Counted from the stretch's first letter, positions 1-11,076 are shown. The stretch: DNA of 64,000 nt from an uncultured candidate division Zixibacteria bacterium (GCA_963817915.1 CAWFQL010000012.1:192001-256000); one strand, 5' to 3'. The notes: generated by a model from the letters alone, not told the origin. Numbers and translations: made by a program.

Positions 1-732
1 ATCCAGGTCAATGCTATCGGCACCAGAAATATCCTGCAGGCGATTCAAAACCATGCGCCTAATATCAAACGGTTCGTGCTGATTTCATCTACGGCGGCAA
101 GCGGCCCGTCATCATCGATGACCCCGATCACAGAAGACCATGACCCCGGCCCTCTCACATTTTACGGCAAATCGAAATTACAGGGCGAGAAAGAAGCCCT
201 GTCATTCAATTCGATAATCCCCATTACTATTCTAAGACCATCTGCAATCTATGGCCCGCGCGATAAAGAGATGCTTTCATTCTTTAAAGCCGTCAAGGGT
301 AAGCTGAAGCCGACATTCGGATACGGCGATAGCTATATTAACTTTACCTATGTAAAAGATCTGGCCGGGGCAGTAGTCAAATCACTTTCAGTCAATACGC
401 CATCCGGTGAGATATTTTTCGTTACGGAGAAAAAGGCCTATTCCTACAGCCAGGCAGGTGATATAGTGGCTGAAATTTTCGGCGTTAAAGCCTATGATCT
501 GCATATTCCTCTATGGCTGATCTCCAGCGGCGGGAAAATATCCGAGATTATTTCCAAAATAAAAAACGAGGCTTCCATATTAACTTATGACAAGGCCAAA
601 GAATTCCGGGCCAAATATTGGCTGGTCGATTCATCCAAATTGGAAAAGCAGCTTGGATTTGTCTGCCCGACAGATTTCAAATCCGGATCAATCGAAACCA
701 TCGAATGGTACCGCAAGCTGGGGATGCTATAA
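1..732 (+). CDS. NAD-dependent epimerase/dehydratase family (extended SDR), 5'-truncated by the window edge
   Basis: Frame is open from base 1 (IQVNAIGTRNIL...RFVLISS); YGKSK (YxxxK) and LRPSAIYGP motifs. Confidence 0.85.
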   Translation: MQVNAIGTRNILQAIQNHAPNIKRFVLISSTAASGPSSSMTPITEDHDPGPLTFYGKSKLQGEKEALSFNSIIPITILRPSAIYGPRDKEMLSFFKAVKGKLKPTFGYGDSYINFTYVKDLAGAVVKSLSVNTPSGEIFFVTEKKAYSYSQAGDIVAEIFGVKAYDLHIPLWLISSGGKISEIISKIKNEASILTYDKAKEFRAKYWLVDSSKLEKQLGFVCPTDFKSGSIETIEWYRKLGML

Positions 733-1877
733 TGAATTTTGATGTCAATCGAGCCCGCTCAAATTTTACTTTCGAAGAGGGACTTATTTTTCTCGATCAC
801 GCTGGTCATTCGCCGCTATCTAATCCTACCCGGGCCGCATATGAGAAATATTTCAATAGTTGGCAGAAAACCGCGCACCGCCATGATAGCGAATCATTCA
901 AAATGTTCGAAGATCTGCGCGTCAAGCTTGCCTCAATGATAAATTCAGAGCCAAAACATATCGGGCTTGCCCCGCATACATCATACGGCCTTAATATCGT
1001 CGCCGCCGGGCTGAAATGGTCGAAGGGTGATAATGTGGTAATTTCCGAAAAGGAATTCCCATCGAATGTATATCCCTGGACTCGATTGCGTTCGCTGGGC
1101 GTTGATATAAATTTCGCCCGCTCCAGGAATGGATTTATCGATGAGGATGCTATTATCGATCTGGCCAATGAACGAACCCGTGTCATCAGTGTCAGCTGGG
1201 TGCAATTCAATAATGGCTATCGCGTCAACCTTGAGAAGTTGGGGAGATTCTGCTCCGAAAATGGCATCATATTCTGCGTCGATGGTATTCAGGGAATGGG
1301 CGCAGTCCCTATTGATATACTTTCTGCAAAAGTTGATCTATTTTCTGTCGGATGCCAGAAATGGATGTTTGGGCCTTGCGGCACCGGATTCTATTATTTA
1401 TCTGAACGAGCCGAGGCCGCCATAGATCCGCCATTGCAGGGATGGCTCAGCGTCGATTGGCATGCCGAATTTTCCGATCTCATGCGATACGACCTTGTAC
1501 CCAAAGTGGGGCCATCGAAATATGAGCTTGGTACTAACGCCTTCCAGGACCTCTGGGCGCTGAATGCTTCTGTTGATCTTCTGCTTTCATTTGATCGCGA
1601 TGCTATCTGGGAGCATATATGCTATCTGAATGATGCCTTGATCTCATTCGTTTCTTCAAACACCAAGTATTCCCTGATTTCCTCAACCGAACAACCGCGC
1701 CGTTCTGGAATTATCTCTTTCAAATCTGAAAACTCTAAGGGTCTTTATGATTATTTGATTTCAAAAGGATTCGCCCTGAGCCTCAGAGAGGGTGCAATTA
1801 GAGTTTCGCCTCATTTCTATAATTCGATTGAAGAAATAAATCTGCTTATTGATAGCCTTTCGGATTTTAATTCATAG
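732..1877 (+). CDS. PLP-dependent aminotransferase class V (cysteine desulfurase/selenocysteine lyase-like fold)
   Basis: ATG at 732 overlaps the upstream TAA (TAATG); FLDHAG, EFPSN, VDGIQ, GCQKW (PLP Lys) and IRVSPHFYN motifs; no obvious SufS/IscS catalytic Cys loop. Confidence 0.85.
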   Translation: MNFDVNRARSNFTFEEGLIFLDHAGHSPLSNPTRAAYEKYFNSWQKTAHRHDSESFKMFEDLRVKLASMINSEPKHIGLAPHTSYGLNIVAAGLKWSKGDNVVISEKEFPSNVYPWTRLRSLGVDINFARSRNGFIDEDAIIDLANERTRVISVSWVQFNNGYRVNLEKLGRFCSENGIIFCVDGIQGMGAVPIDILSAKVDLFSVGCQKWMFGPCGTGFYYLSERAEAAIDPPLQGWLSVDWHAEFSDLMRYDLVPKVGPSKYELGTNAFQDLWALNASVDLLLSFDRDAIWEHICYLNDALISFVSSNTKYSLISSTEQPRRSGIISFKSENSKGLYDYLISKGFALSLREGAIRVSPHFYNSIEEINLLIDSLSDFNS

Positions 1878-1887
1878 TATAAATCAT

Positions 1888-1915
1888 GAAGAGCCATGCC
1901 ATGGCATGGCTCTAC
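1888..1915. repeat. REP-like 28 bp palindrome (GTAG...CTAC family)
   Basis: GAAGAGCCATGCCATGGCATGGCTCTAC; perfect 24 bp palindrome at 1890-1913. Confidence 0.7.
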
Positions 1916-1929
1916 TAAGACAACGTGTG

Positions 1930-1953
1930 CGGTCGGGTGGCCCCACCCGACCG
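1930..1953. repeat. GC-rich intergenic inverted repeat (REP-like or terminator)
   Basis: CGGTCGGGTGG-CC-CCACCCGACCG, perfect 11 bp arms; a partial relative GGTCGGGTGG occurs near 5716. Confidence 0.6.
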
Positions 1954-2033
1954 AAAATAAGTCTTTTGTTAATGAGTTCGCTATGACAAATAATTTGGGA
2001 GCCCATCAGAATTTCTCCTTTTCAATCTTTCTA

Positions 2034-2062
2034 TTGACTCCGTATTAATCATTTTGTAAAAT
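2034..2062 (+). promoter_or_regulatory. sigma70-type promoter of kdsB (probably leaderless)
   Basis: TTGACT-N17-TAAAAT; GTG start 5 nt downstream; no SD. Confidence 0.6.
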
Positions 2063-2067
2063 AATCT

Positions 2068-2806
2068 GTGCCGAAGGTAATTGGAATAATTCCGTCAAGA
2101 TATCAGTCTCAACGGTTTCCGGGCAAGCCGTTAGCTATGTTGGGTGGGCTGCCTTTAATCGTTCGTGTCATGCAATCGGCCATGAAATCTCATTGTATAT
2201 CAGAGGTTTATGTCGCTACTGATGACGAACGAATCGCCGCAGACAGTCCGAAAATATGACGGCAAAGTTTTACTCACATCAAGCACTCCGCCAACCGGTA
2301 GCGATAGAATTGCCGAAGCGGCCCAAAATCTTTCCGCAGATTATATCATCAATATTCAAGGAGATGAGCCATTGATCGCAGGGTCGGTGCTGGATAAGGT
2401 TGTAGATGCCCTCAATGATCCTGCAGTAGTCATGTCAACCGCTTGCTCCGAATTTCGCAATTCTGATGACATTGACAACCCCAATATCGTCAAGGCGGTG
2501 TTGGATAAATCTGGATATGCTATGTATTTCTCGCGCAGCCGAATACCATATGTCCGTTCCGGCAATAAGGGCGAGGTTCATTTCTATCGGCATATCGGAG
2601 TCTATGGCTTTAAAAAGGAATTTCTTTTAAAATATACATCGCTCGAAAGAACACCGCTGGAAATCGCCGAAAATCTCGAACAATTACGGGCTCTCGAACA
2701 TGGATTTAAAATAAAAACAATTATTACGGAATTTGAATTCATCGGCATCGATTCCAAAGAAGACTTGATGAAAGCCGAAAAGATTCTTATTAATAGGGGA
2801 TTGTAG
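2068..2806 (+). CDS. kdsB: 3-deoxy-manno-octulosonate cytidylyltransferase (apparent +1 frameshift near 2237)
   Basis: [15 protein letters not shown] and VATDDERI in ORF 2068-2259; [26 protein letters not shown] and LEQLRALE in ORF 2210-2806; removing one C near 2237 joins them. Confidence 0.92.
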
Positions 2807-2807
2807 A

Positions 2808-4487
2808 ATGGCAACTAACGGCAAAAAGACCAAGTACATTTTCGTAACCGGCGGAGTCGTTTCATCGCTGGGCAAGGGGCTGGCAGCCGCTTCAATCGGT
2901 CTATTGCTGAAATCACGGGGCCTCAAGGTTCGCATGATGAAATGCGACCCTTATATCAATGTCGATCCCGGCACCATGAATCCCTATCAGCATGGCGAGG
3001 TTTTCGTGCTTGATGACGGTTCCGAGACCGATCTCGATTTGGGCCATTACGAACGATTCCTTGATATCGTACTGAACAAGCTTTCCAATGTCACATCCGG
3101 CCAGATATACAATGCCGTTATTCAGCGCGAACGAAAAGGTGAATATCTTGGCGCGACCGTGCAAGTAATCCCTCATATAACCAATGAGATAAAGCTCCGC
3201 ATCCGAATGTTGGCCGACAATCCTGAGCCTGCCGATGTTGTCATAGTTGAAATTGGCGGCACGGTCGGCGATATCGAATCGCTTCCATTTCTTGAGGCGA
3301 TCAGGCAGATGGCGTTAGAGGAGGATGACAACGATACCCTTTTCATTCATCTTACCTTAATTCCGTACATTGAAGGCGCGGGTGAATTAAAAACCAAACC
3401 AACTCAGCATTCGGTCAAAGCCCTTCGTGAGATTGGCATTGATGCTGCTATCCTTATATGCCGAAGCCCATTGCCGATAACCCGTGAAGCCAAAAAGAAG
3501 ATTGGGCTATTTTGCAATGTTCCGCCGGAAGCCGTAATTCAAGACCTTGATATTAAGGTAATTTACGAATTGCCGCTTGAATTTCATAAGGAGCTTCTGG
3601 ATAATCTACTTGTTCATTACCTGAAATTGCTCTGCAAAGACCTCGATATTTCAAGCTGGGCGAATATGATTAATCGAATGAAAAACCCTTCTCATAAGGT
3701 CACGATCGGAGTCTGCGGCAAATATATCGAACTCAAGGATGCTTATAAATCGATAATTGAAGCCTTCATTCATGCCGGCGGAGCCAATAGCGCGGAAGTG
3801 GAATTGAAATGGATTTCATCCGAGAAAGTTTCTGAGGATGGCCCTGAAGCTCATCTTTCCAATATCGACGGCCTCTTGATTCCCGGTGGTTTCGGCGATC
3901 GCGGTATCGAAGGCAAAATCGAGGCTGTCCGTTATGTTCGCGAAAACAATATCCCGTTTCTGGGAATATGTCTCGGCCTCCAATGCGCGGTAATCGAATA
4001 TGCTCGCAACGTTTGCGGTCTTGGTAACGCCAATTCATCGGAATTCGATTTCGAATCGCCGCATCCGGTAATTCACCTCATGGACGATCAGGTTAAGGTC
4101 ACAGACAAAGGCGGCACGATGCGGCTGGGAAGTTATCCCTGCAAAATTCAGAAAAATAGTTTGGCAAATAAACTATATGGATCGACTAATATCAATGAAC
4201 GTCACCGCCATCGCTATGAAGTCAACAACAGCTATCGCGAAGCATTGGAATCAAAAGGTATGCTATTTTCAGGTGTTTCGCCTGACGCTCGTTTAGTGGA
4301 AATCCTGGAATTGCCTTCGCATCCGTTCTTTATAGCCGGCCAATTCCACCCAGAACTAAAATCCCGTCCCATGAATCCGCATCCATTTTTCGCCGGGCTG
4401 GTCGAGTCCGCATTGAAATATAAATCCTGCAAATCCGATATTCCCCAAATTAAAGACAATTCAGCAAAAAGCAAAATATCATCATGA
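2808..4487 (+). CDS. pyrG: CTP synthase
   Basis: [47 protein letters not shown]. Confidence 0.98.
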   Translation: MATNGKKTKYIFVTGGVVSSLGKGLAAASIGLLLKSRGLKVRMMKCDPYINVDPGTMNPYQHGEVFVLDDGSETDLDLGHYERFLDIVLNKLSNVTSGQIYNAVIQRERKGEYLGATVQVIPHITNEIKLRIRMLADNPEPADVVIVEIGGTVGDIESLPFLEAIRQMALEEDDNDTLFIHLTLIPYIEGAGELKTKPTQHSVKALREIGIDAAILICRSPLPITREAKKKIGLFCNVPPEAVIQDLDIKVIYELPLEFHKELLDNLLVHYLKLLCKDLDISSWANMINRMKNPSHKVTIGVCGKYIELKDAYKSIIEAFIHAGGANSAEVELKWISSEKVSEDGPEAHLSNIDGLLIPGGFGDRGIEGKIEAVRYVRENNIPFLGICLGLQCAVIEYARNVCGLGNANSSEFDFESPHPVIHLMDDQVKVTDKGGTMRLGSYPCKIQKNSLANKLYGSTNINERHRHRYEVNNSYREALESKGMLFSGVSPDARLVEILELPSHPFFIAGQFHPELKSRPMNPHPFFAGLVESALKYKSCKSDIPQIKDNSAKSKISS

Positions 4488-4903
4488 AAATTAAAACTGC
4501 CATAATATTTATTTTAGCCGTTCTTCTATCCACAATCTTAGTAATTGGATGCGCGGAGAAAAAAAACAATTCAGCCCCCCAATATAATTTGCCATTCCCG
4601 AGCGGCAAAATGGCGAAATACTATCAGGAACGGGTCGATTCCTCTGAATTCCTATGGCTTACCGATGTTAAAGGTGCCGTCTCTGCCTTTATGAATGAAA
4701 CCATGGCAGCTGGCAAAGATATATCGATAGATGAAATTATCGTCAAATCCGAAGGCGAATTCCATGCCATTGCCGAAGTACCGCTCGACACGGTCGAATT
4801 TATTTTGACATTGGAAAGACCGAATATGCAAAAAGGCAAAAAATCAATCTGGCAGGTTACAAAAGTGGAAGGGAAGCCTTGGCAAAAAACAAAGTCAAAA
4901 TAG
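4484..4903 (+). CDS. Hypothetical lipoprotein
   Basis: Hydrophobic signal with LVIG-C lipobox; overlaps the pyrG stop and the kdsA start. Confidence 0.7.
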   Translation: MKIKTAIIFILAVLLSTILVIGCAEKKNNSAPQYNLPFPSGKMAKYYQERVDSSEFLWLTDVKGAVSAFMNETMAAGKDISIDEIIVKSEGEFHAIAEVPLDTVEFILTLERPNMQKGKKSIWQVTKVEGKPWQKTKSK

Positions 4904-5691
4904 GCGATCAGATTGTGGGCGGCGATAAGCTGACCCTGATAGCGGGACCTTGCGCGATAGAATCTTCAGAAATCACATTCAAGACCGCCGAGACAATTGC
5001 CAGAATCCGCGACAAATTCAAAATCCCGACAATATTTAAATCGTCCTATAAAAAAGCCAATCGCCTCTCCGGCGAATCATTCTCTACTATAGGAGTTGAT
5101 GATGCTCTTTCAATTTTGCTCGATGTCAAAAAGAAATTCGGCTTTCCGATCCTTACCGATGTTCATTCGATCGAAGAGGTATTGCCTGCTTCAAAGGTTG
5201 CGGATTGCCTGCAGATTCCGGCCTTCTTGTGCCGTCAAACCGAATTAGTCCAGGCAGCGGCCAAAACTATGCTTCCGGTAAATGTTAAAAAAGGTCAATT
5301 CCTGGCACCGGAAGACATGAAGCCCATTATCGAAAAAGTCCACGCTGTCGGCAATAAGCAAGCACTTATCACCGAACGCGGCTCGAGCTTCGGCTACCGA
5401 GACTTGGTCGTGGATTTTCGCGGACTGGTCATCATGGCGGAAATCGGCTGCCCGATTGTTTTCGATTGTACGCATTCTGTACAAAAACCGGGAGGAGGTT
5501 TCAAATCTTCCAGCGGCGATCCAAGGTTCATCCTGCCGTTGGCTCGGGCTGCTGTGGCGGTCGGAGTGGATGCCATCTTTATCGAGACTCATCCCAATCC
5601 GAAAGAAGCATTTTCGGATAAAGATTGCCAGCTTCCCACAGCAGATTTGGAATCATTTATAATCAGCATCCGACAAATCAGATCAAATTAA
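4879..5691 (+). CDS. kdsA: 3-deoxy-8-phosphooctulonate (KDO8P) synthase
   Basis: IAGPCAIES, KANRLS, QIPAFLCRQT, NVKKGQF, DCTHSVQ, ETHPNP; TTG start. Confidence 0.96.
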   Translation: MAKNKVKIGDQIVGGDKLTLIAGPCAIESSEITFKTAETIARIRDKFKIPTIFKSSYKKANRLSGESFSTIGVDDALSILLDVKKKFGFPILTDVHSIEEVLPASKVADCLQIPAFLCRQTELVQAAAKTMLPVNVKKGQFLAPEDMKPIIEKVHAVGNKQALITERGSSFGYRDLVVDFRGLVIMAEIGCPIVFDCTHSVQKPGGGFKSSSGDPRFILPLARAAVAVGVDAIFIETHPNPKEAFSDKDCQLPTADLESFIISIRQIRSN

Positions 5692-5915
5692 GCTCTTCAA
5701 TTATAATTGTATTAAGGTCGGGTGGTATGCCGCCCACGCTTCCCGCTCAATTGCCTTTTCATAGATATGTTGACACCGCCGAATGTATAAATTAATATAC
5801 TGCGATGTTTTTTGGTGGTTTCGTAATTACTGGTCTGATCGACCTCCGACGTTTCGCATGAATCGAATTAAATATCATTTTTGCCTCATTTAACCGATAA
5901 TACTGACATAAAGAT

Positions 5916-7919
5916 ATGAATAACGAAGAAAAACCATCTCTATCCCATCGCCTTAAAACGCTGGTGATCGGCGAAGCTCGAAATCCGCAGGATCCGCGCG
6001 TATTTCACAAGCTTGCTCTTATTGCTTTTTTTGCATGGATTGGTTTGGGCGCCGATGGTTTGTCATCGTCATGCTATGGACCTGCAGAAGCATTTATTGT
6101 TCTTCAAGGTCATCCCTATCTTGCCATTTTTGTCGCCCTCGGGACAGGCTTTACTGTTTTTATAATCAGCTCTGCATATTCGCAAATTATCGAGCTTTTC
6201 CCTGCAGGTGGTGGCGGATATTTGGTCGCAAGCAAATTATTGTCGCCTACATTCGGTATGATTTCGGGCTGCGCATTGCTTGTTGATTATATGCTGACCA
6301 TTTCGCTTTCGATCGCCAGCGGAGCGGAAGCCATCTTCAGCTTTCTTCCTGTGGCATGGTATCCATACAGACTTGAATTTGCAATATTCGGCGTAATTGT
6401 CCTGATCATACTGAATCTTAGAGGCGTGAAAGAATCGGTAATGACCCTCATGCCGATTTTCATGATTTTCGTTTTGACTCATCTTTTTGCAATATTGTAC
6501 TCGCTCTTCAGTCATGTGGGTAATATCCCGGTAATAGCCCAAAATACAATTGCTGATATTAACTCCGTTTCGTCCGAAATAGGCGTATTTGGTCTTATAA
6601 TGCTGTTGCTCCGCGCTTACAGCATGGGTGCCGGAACTTATACTGGTATTGAAGCTGTCAGCAATGGCCTTCCGATTTTACGTGAGCCCAAAGTACTTAC
6701 CGGCAAACGAACCATGCATTATATGGCAATTTCCCTGGCATTTACGGTCATTGGTTTGATGCTTGCATATATATTATTCAACGTGTCACCGCAGACCGGC
6801 AAGACTCTTAATGCCGTTCTATTCGAAAATATAACTGCTAATTGGAATGGCGGACTCGGATACGCGTTTGTCCTGGTGACTCTTATTTCGGAGGCTGCGA
6901 TACTCTTCGTGGCATCGCAGACTGGCTTTATCGATGGTCCCCGCGTTCTCGCGAATATGGCCATGGATCGCTGGTTCCCGTCAAAATTCGCCAACTTGAG
7001 CGATAGGCTGGTCACTCAAAATGGCGTTCTGCTTATGGGTGGAGCGGCTTTAATTTTAATTATGCTAACCGGCGGTTCGGTCCAATTCCTCTTGGTATTA
7101 TACAGTATCAACGTATTCATAACCTTCGTCTTATCGCAAGCGGGCATGGTACGTCATTGGTGGCAAGCCCGTGCTACTCACGATAAATGGAGACGAGGTT
7201 TGTTCGTTAATGGCCTTGGCCTTATTCTAACGACATCGATTCTAATTTCAGTCTCTGTCGTAAAATTCCACGAGGGTGGATGGATAACCATATTGGTTAC
7301 AGGAAGTCTCGTTCTTATCGTGACCGCAATCAAGAGACACTACAATAGCACTTTCGTCACCCTCAAACGGCTGGATAACCTGGTTGTCGCGACTGAATCA
7401 TCAAGCCCAAGGTCTATCCCTGATATCAAACAAGATCTTCCACCCGACAAACAATACGATCCCAAAGCCATGACCGCCGTTTTAATGGTCAATGGTTTCA
7501 ATGGTCTTGGCCTGCACGCCTTATTCAGCATTATACGAACATTTAAGGGGGTTTTTAAGAATTTCGTCTTTGTACAAGTTGGTGTTATCGATGCCGGAGT
7601 ATTCAAGGGTTCGTCGGAGATTGAAAAACTGCAAACTCATATTTCCGTCGAATTGGATCGTTATGTAGAGTTTACGAAAAGGCATGGATATTACTCAGAA
7701 GGGATATCTTCGACCGGTATTGACGTCGTCGATGAAATAGAACAACTTGGCCCCAAGATACTCGAAAGATTCCCTCAGGCTATATTTTTCGGCGGTCAGA
7801 TAGTGTTCAAAGAAGATACATTTTTAACCCGATGGCTCCACAACTATGTCGTCTTTGCTGTTCAAAGAAGATTCTACCACAAAGGCTTGCCGTTTATAAT
7901 CCTGCCGATACGGGCATGA
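5916..7919 (+). CDS. APC-family permease, KimA/YdaO-like (possible K+ transporter)
   Basis: About 12 TM segments; LGADGLSSSCYG, FPAGGGGY and TGIEAVSNG resemble KimA/YdaO motifs; soluble C-terminal domain. Confidence 0.75.
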   Translation: MNNEEKPSLSHRLKTLVIGEARNPQDPRVFHKLALIAFFAWIGLGADGLSSSCYGPAEAFIVLQGHPYLAIFVALGTGFTVFIISSAYSQIIELFPAGGGGYLVASKLLSPTFGMISGCALLVDYMLTISLSIASGAEAIFSFLPVAWYPYRLEFAIFGVIVLIILNLRGVKESVMTLMPIFMIFVLTHLFAILYSLFSHVGNIPVIAQNTIADINSVSSEIGVFGLIMLLLRAYSMGAGTYTGIEAVSNGLPILREPKVLTGKRTMHYMAISLAFTVIGLMLAYILFNVSPQTGKTLNAVLFENITANWNGGLGYAFVLVTLISEAAILFVASQTGFIDGPRVLANMAMDRWFPSKFANLSDRLVTQNGVLLMGGAALILIMLTGGSVQFLLVLYSINVFITFVLSQAGMVRHWWQARATHDKWRRGLFVNGLGLILTTSILISVSVVKFHEGGWITILVTGSLVLIVTAIKRHYNSTFVTLKRLDNLVVATESSSPRSIPDIKQDLPPDKQYDPKAMTAVLMVNGFNGLGLHALFSIIRTFKGVFKNFVFVQVGVIDAGVFKGSSEIEKLQTHISVELDRYVEFTKRHGYYSEGISSTGIDVVDEIEQLGPKILERFPQAIFFGGQIVFKEDTFLTRWLHNYVVFAVQRRFYHKGLPFIILPIRA

Positions 7920-8059
7920 CATTAAAACGGATTAATAATTGAATTTAATGATTAATTGCTCTCATCAATCCTATTTGCGCTTGTCATCTCATATATTATC
8001 TCTTATCTTCATACCCGCAACTATAACCGGCGGTTTTCGTAGTATGAAAAGGGAGCGAA

Positions 8060-8629
8060 ATGCCCTCCGAAAGTGAACAGGCGCTGGTCAAACTGGCGCT
8101 TACAGGGGACCAAAAGGCTTACAAGGCCCTCTTCGAAATGTACCGACAGGCGATCTTTCACATAACCGTGAAAATCGTCCGAAATCCGGAAGAGGCCAAT
8201 GATCTGGTCCAGGAAACTTTCATTAAAGCTTTCGGCTCTTTGAAAACATACGACTCGCATTACCGCTTTTCGACCTGGCTCTATAAAATCGCGGCAAATT
8301 GCTCCATAGATTTTTTGCGCAAACGAAAAATCGATTCGCTGTCACTCGACAAGCCTATCCAGACCAAAGACGGCGATGTCCAAATGGAGCTCCCCGATTA
8401 TTCATATAATCCGGAACAGGACCTGCGAAATAAAGAGCAGAGATTCGGAATCGAAGAGGCAATTGAATCGCTTCCTGAAAAATATATGGAAGTGATTGTA
8501 CTGCGTCACAAAGAAGACAAATCCTATGAAGAAATTGCCAAAATGCTGAAAGTCCCGGTTGGAACGGTAAAGGCCCGTATTTTTCGAGCGCGCGAGCTCT
8601 TGAAAAAGAAATTAAAAACATTGAGGTAA
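8060..8629 (+). CDS. ECF-family RNA polymerase sigma factor (SigW/RpoE-like)
   Basis: DLVQETFIKAF, FSTWLYKIAAN, SYEEIA...PVGTVKARIFRAR. Confidence 0.93.
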   Translation: MPSESEQALVKLALTGDQKAYKALFEMYRQAIFHITVKIVRNPEEANDLVQETFIKAFGSLKTYDSHYRFSTWLYKIAANCSIDFLRKRKIDSLSLDKPIQTKDGDVQMELPDYSYNPEQDLRNKEQRFGIEEAIESLPEKYMEVIVLRHKEDKSYEEIAKMLKVPVGTVKARIFRARELLKKKLKTLR

Positions 8630-8639
8630 GGAGGCCGCC

Positions 8640-9707
8640 GTGAAAAAACTAACATTATTGACTATCATCATCCTGGCTATCACAGCCAGCCTGGCTTATG
8701 CCAGGAGAGAATTTACGTACGATAAAAACGATAAATTCTCTGGTAACGATACGAAACTTGTCAAGATCGACATGCCGTCAGGACAAATCGAAATCGAAAA
8801 ATCATCATCCAATGATATCGAAGTATATTACAAAAATGTCATTTTCGCTTCCGATCAGAAAGAAGCCGACGATATTCATAGTGAAGTGAAATATAAAGCC
8901 GAGACCTCAGGCGACAAGCTTACTATTACTGTCGATATGCCAAAGCATGGCCATCATGGAATGAATGTGCTCGATAGAATTTTCAGCGGAAATTGGAATG
9001 AAGACAATCAGACGTTGATCAAATTAAGAATTCCCGATGACAAAGATATCGAAATCAATTCGGCCTCTGCCGATCTGAGAGCGTCGGATATATCGATGAA
9101 TCTTGATTTCTGGTCGGCATCAAGCGATATCGATTTGGAAAATAATCGAGGTAAAATTAATTGTAATCTGGCTTCCGGTGATGTAATAATTTATGGCAAC
9201 AAAGGGTCGATATCGGTCAAGGGAGTATCATCTGATATCAGGCTCAAGGATATTGAAGGAAATATCGAAGTCAGCTCTACTTCAGGCGATGGTGAAATCG
9301 ATCGAATCAAAGGTTCGGTTGCTTTTGATTGCACTTCGGGCGATCTCAAATTTTACGATATCGACGGTGATCTTGATGTTCGTACGATTTCGGGAGATAT
9401 TTTCGTTGATAATGTTGGGGGCTCTGTTCATGCCTCATCTACTTCTGGAGATATCCGTTTGCAGGCCATGACTGCCAAAGAAGGCGATTTTGATGTCGAA
9501 TCTGTTTCGGGCGATATTTCTGCCGAGGTAAGTACGAATTTTACAGGTTCTGTTGCCGTTAATACATCGTCGGGTACAATCAGCTCCAGGCTCAACGCTG
9601 ATTTCGATAAGCATACTGATACAAAAGTTTTAGGCAGAGCAGGGGATGGCAAAGGCCGGTTGAGCGTGTCATCTGCATCCGGCGATATTACTTTGGATAA
9701 TTTTTAA
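8640..9707 (+). CDS. Secreted DUF4097-like beta-strand-repeat protein
   Basis: Signal peptide; many (S/T)xSGDI repeats; GGAGG SD before the GTG. Confidence 0.8.
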   Translation: MKKLTLLTIIILAITASLAYARREFTYDKNDKFSGNDTKLVKIDMPSGQIEIEKSSSNDIEVYYKNVIFASDQKEADDIHSEVKYKAETSGDKLTITVDMPKHGHHGMNVLDRIFSGNWNEDNQTLIKLRIPDDKDIEINSASADLRASDISMNLDFWSASSDIDLENNRGKINCNLASGDVIIYGNKGSISVKGVSSDIRLKDIEGNIEVSSTSGDGEIDRIKGSVAFDCTSGDLKFYDIDGDLDVRTISGDIFVDNVGGSVHASSTSGDIRLQAMTAKEGDFDVESVSGDISAEVSTNFTGSVAVNTSSGTISSRLNADFDKHTDTKVLGRAGDGKGRLSVSSASGDITLDNF

Positions 9708-9711
9708 TGAG

Positions 9712-10872
9712 ATGAAACTGCAAGCCAAAATATTACTGATTCTATTGATGACGGGAGCCGTATTTGCGGGTCCGCCTGAGCCGCCGGGTATGCCCGAATC
9801 TCCCCCTGAACCTAAGGTTGAAATTCGCATGGATTCTACCGAAAAGGTTCTCGAACGAATTGAAAAGAAAATGAAGAAGTATAATACTAATCTGGTAGAC
9901 CTCGATAGCTTGCTCAAAAATCTCGATAATAACGTTAACATAAAGAATCTTACTATCGGCGGCGATAGTATCCTCATCCTTCTCAACAACGATAGTACGT
10001 TGATTTTTCGCGATCTAAAGGATCTGCCTCCCGAGGTTGGGAATAAAGATGTTTTCCGAATCGGAAAAGATGTGACTGTCGATGAAGGGGAAGTGATAGA
10101 CGGCGATATTGTTGTAGTTCGCGGCGACGTCAGAGTCGATGGAACTGTTAATGGCGGAGTTACGGTGTTTTCGGGGAATATCTATGTGTCATCCACCGGA
10201 TATATCAAAAACGGCGCTATCGCGCTTTCCGGTAATGTCAAACAGGAGCCTGGAGCCAGAGTGGGTACTGTTCATGTCGGCATTAGAGAATCACGCGATT
10301 TGGGCACAAGCGAAAGCTCGATATATAGAATCATGGGCATTGTATTCTTGATTATCTTCATATTCTGGTGGATATTATCCGCCACTTGTTCATCGTTATT
10401 CGGCCCGAATATAAATAAGGTGGCGGAATCGGTAATTCATTTTCCAATCAAATCATATTTCAAGGGTTACCTGACATTCGTATTGGCATTCGCGGCATTT
10501 CTGGTACTAATTATTACGATTATAGGAATTCCATTAGCATTTGTGGGTTTGCCGCTGGTCATATTGGCCGGAATGATAATGTCATCGACGGCCGTCAGCA
10601 ATGTAATTGGCCAGAAAATTACTAATAGCGAAAAGTATTCATTTAGATCTTATCTTTACGGCTCGCTTATTTTAGGCGGTGCGCCGGCTATTCTTTTTCT
10701 CATACAGGCAGTCACCGGCTCGTTTGTGGCGATGGTATTTAATTGGATTTTTATCGGCATATTTATTTTGGTAATTTTGCCTATTGGACTTGGCGGCGTT
10801 TTATCCACTCGGTTCGGCACCCATCGCGATAAAAATCTCGGAACACCTGCCCAAACCGCATCACCGGCGTGA
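9712..10872 (+). CDS. Membrane protein with a bactofilin-like (polymer-forming) beta-helix and a multi-TM C-terminus
   Basis: Signal peptide, Pro-rich linker, GDIVVVRGDVRVDGTVNGGV repeats, then about 5 TM helices with ITIIGIPL. Confidence 0.7.
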   Translation: MKLQAKILLILLMTGAVFAGPPEPPGMPESPPEPKVEIRMDSTEKVLERIEKKMKKYNTNLVDLDSLLKNLDNNVNIKNLTIGGDSILILLNNDSTLIFRDLKDLPPEVGNKDVFRIGKDVTVDEGEVIDGDIVVVRGDVRVDGTVNGGVTVFSGNIYVSSTGYIKNGAIALSGNVKQEPGARVGTVHVGIRESRDLGTSESSIYRIMGIVFLIIFIFWWILSATCSSLFGPNINKVAESVIHFPIKSYFKGYLTFVLAFAAFLVLIITIIGIPLAFVGLPLVILAGMIMSSTAVSNVIGQKITNSEKYSFRSYLYGSLILGGAPAILFLIQAVTGSFVAMVFNWIFIGIFILVILPIGLGGVLSTRFGTHRDKNLGTPAQTASPA

Positions 10873-10895
10873 AAATATCATTTATTAATTTTCTT

Positions 10896-10923
10896 GTAGG
10901 GCCTTGCTATAGCAAGGCTCTAC
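10896..10923. repeat. REP-like 28 bp palindrome
   Basis: GTAGGGCCTTGCTATAGCAAGGCTCTAC. Confidence 0.75.
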
Positions 10924-11011
10924 ACGCATAAACAAAAAAGGCAGGTTTTATTGGGCGCCAGTCGTCCTCGACTGCCCTCAAGGAATAAATTTTCTATTTA
11001 CTTAAATTCCC

Positions 11012-11039
11012 GTAGAGACGCAATATCTTGCGTCTCTAC
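11012..11039. repeat. REP-like 28 bp palindrome
   Basis: GTAGAGACGCAATATCTTGCGTCTCTAC. Confidence 0.8.
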
Positions 11040-11049
11040 CAACGATCAT

Positions 11050-11076
11050 AAAAAAAGGCGGGCTAAACCCGCCTTT
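11050..11076 (-). terminator. Rho-independent terminator of the sigma70 gene (possibly bidirectional)
   Basis: AAAAAAA-GGCGGG-CTAAA-CCCGCC-TTT. Confidence 0.75.

Noticed and set aside
5692..5915. c-di-AMP (ydaO) riboswitch upstream of the KimA-like permease
   Set aside because: No recognisable ydaO conserved segments by eye; an Rfam scan would be decisive.
10896..11076. CRISPR array from spaced palindromes
   Set aside because: The units differ in sequence, are irregularly spaced, and there are no cas genes.
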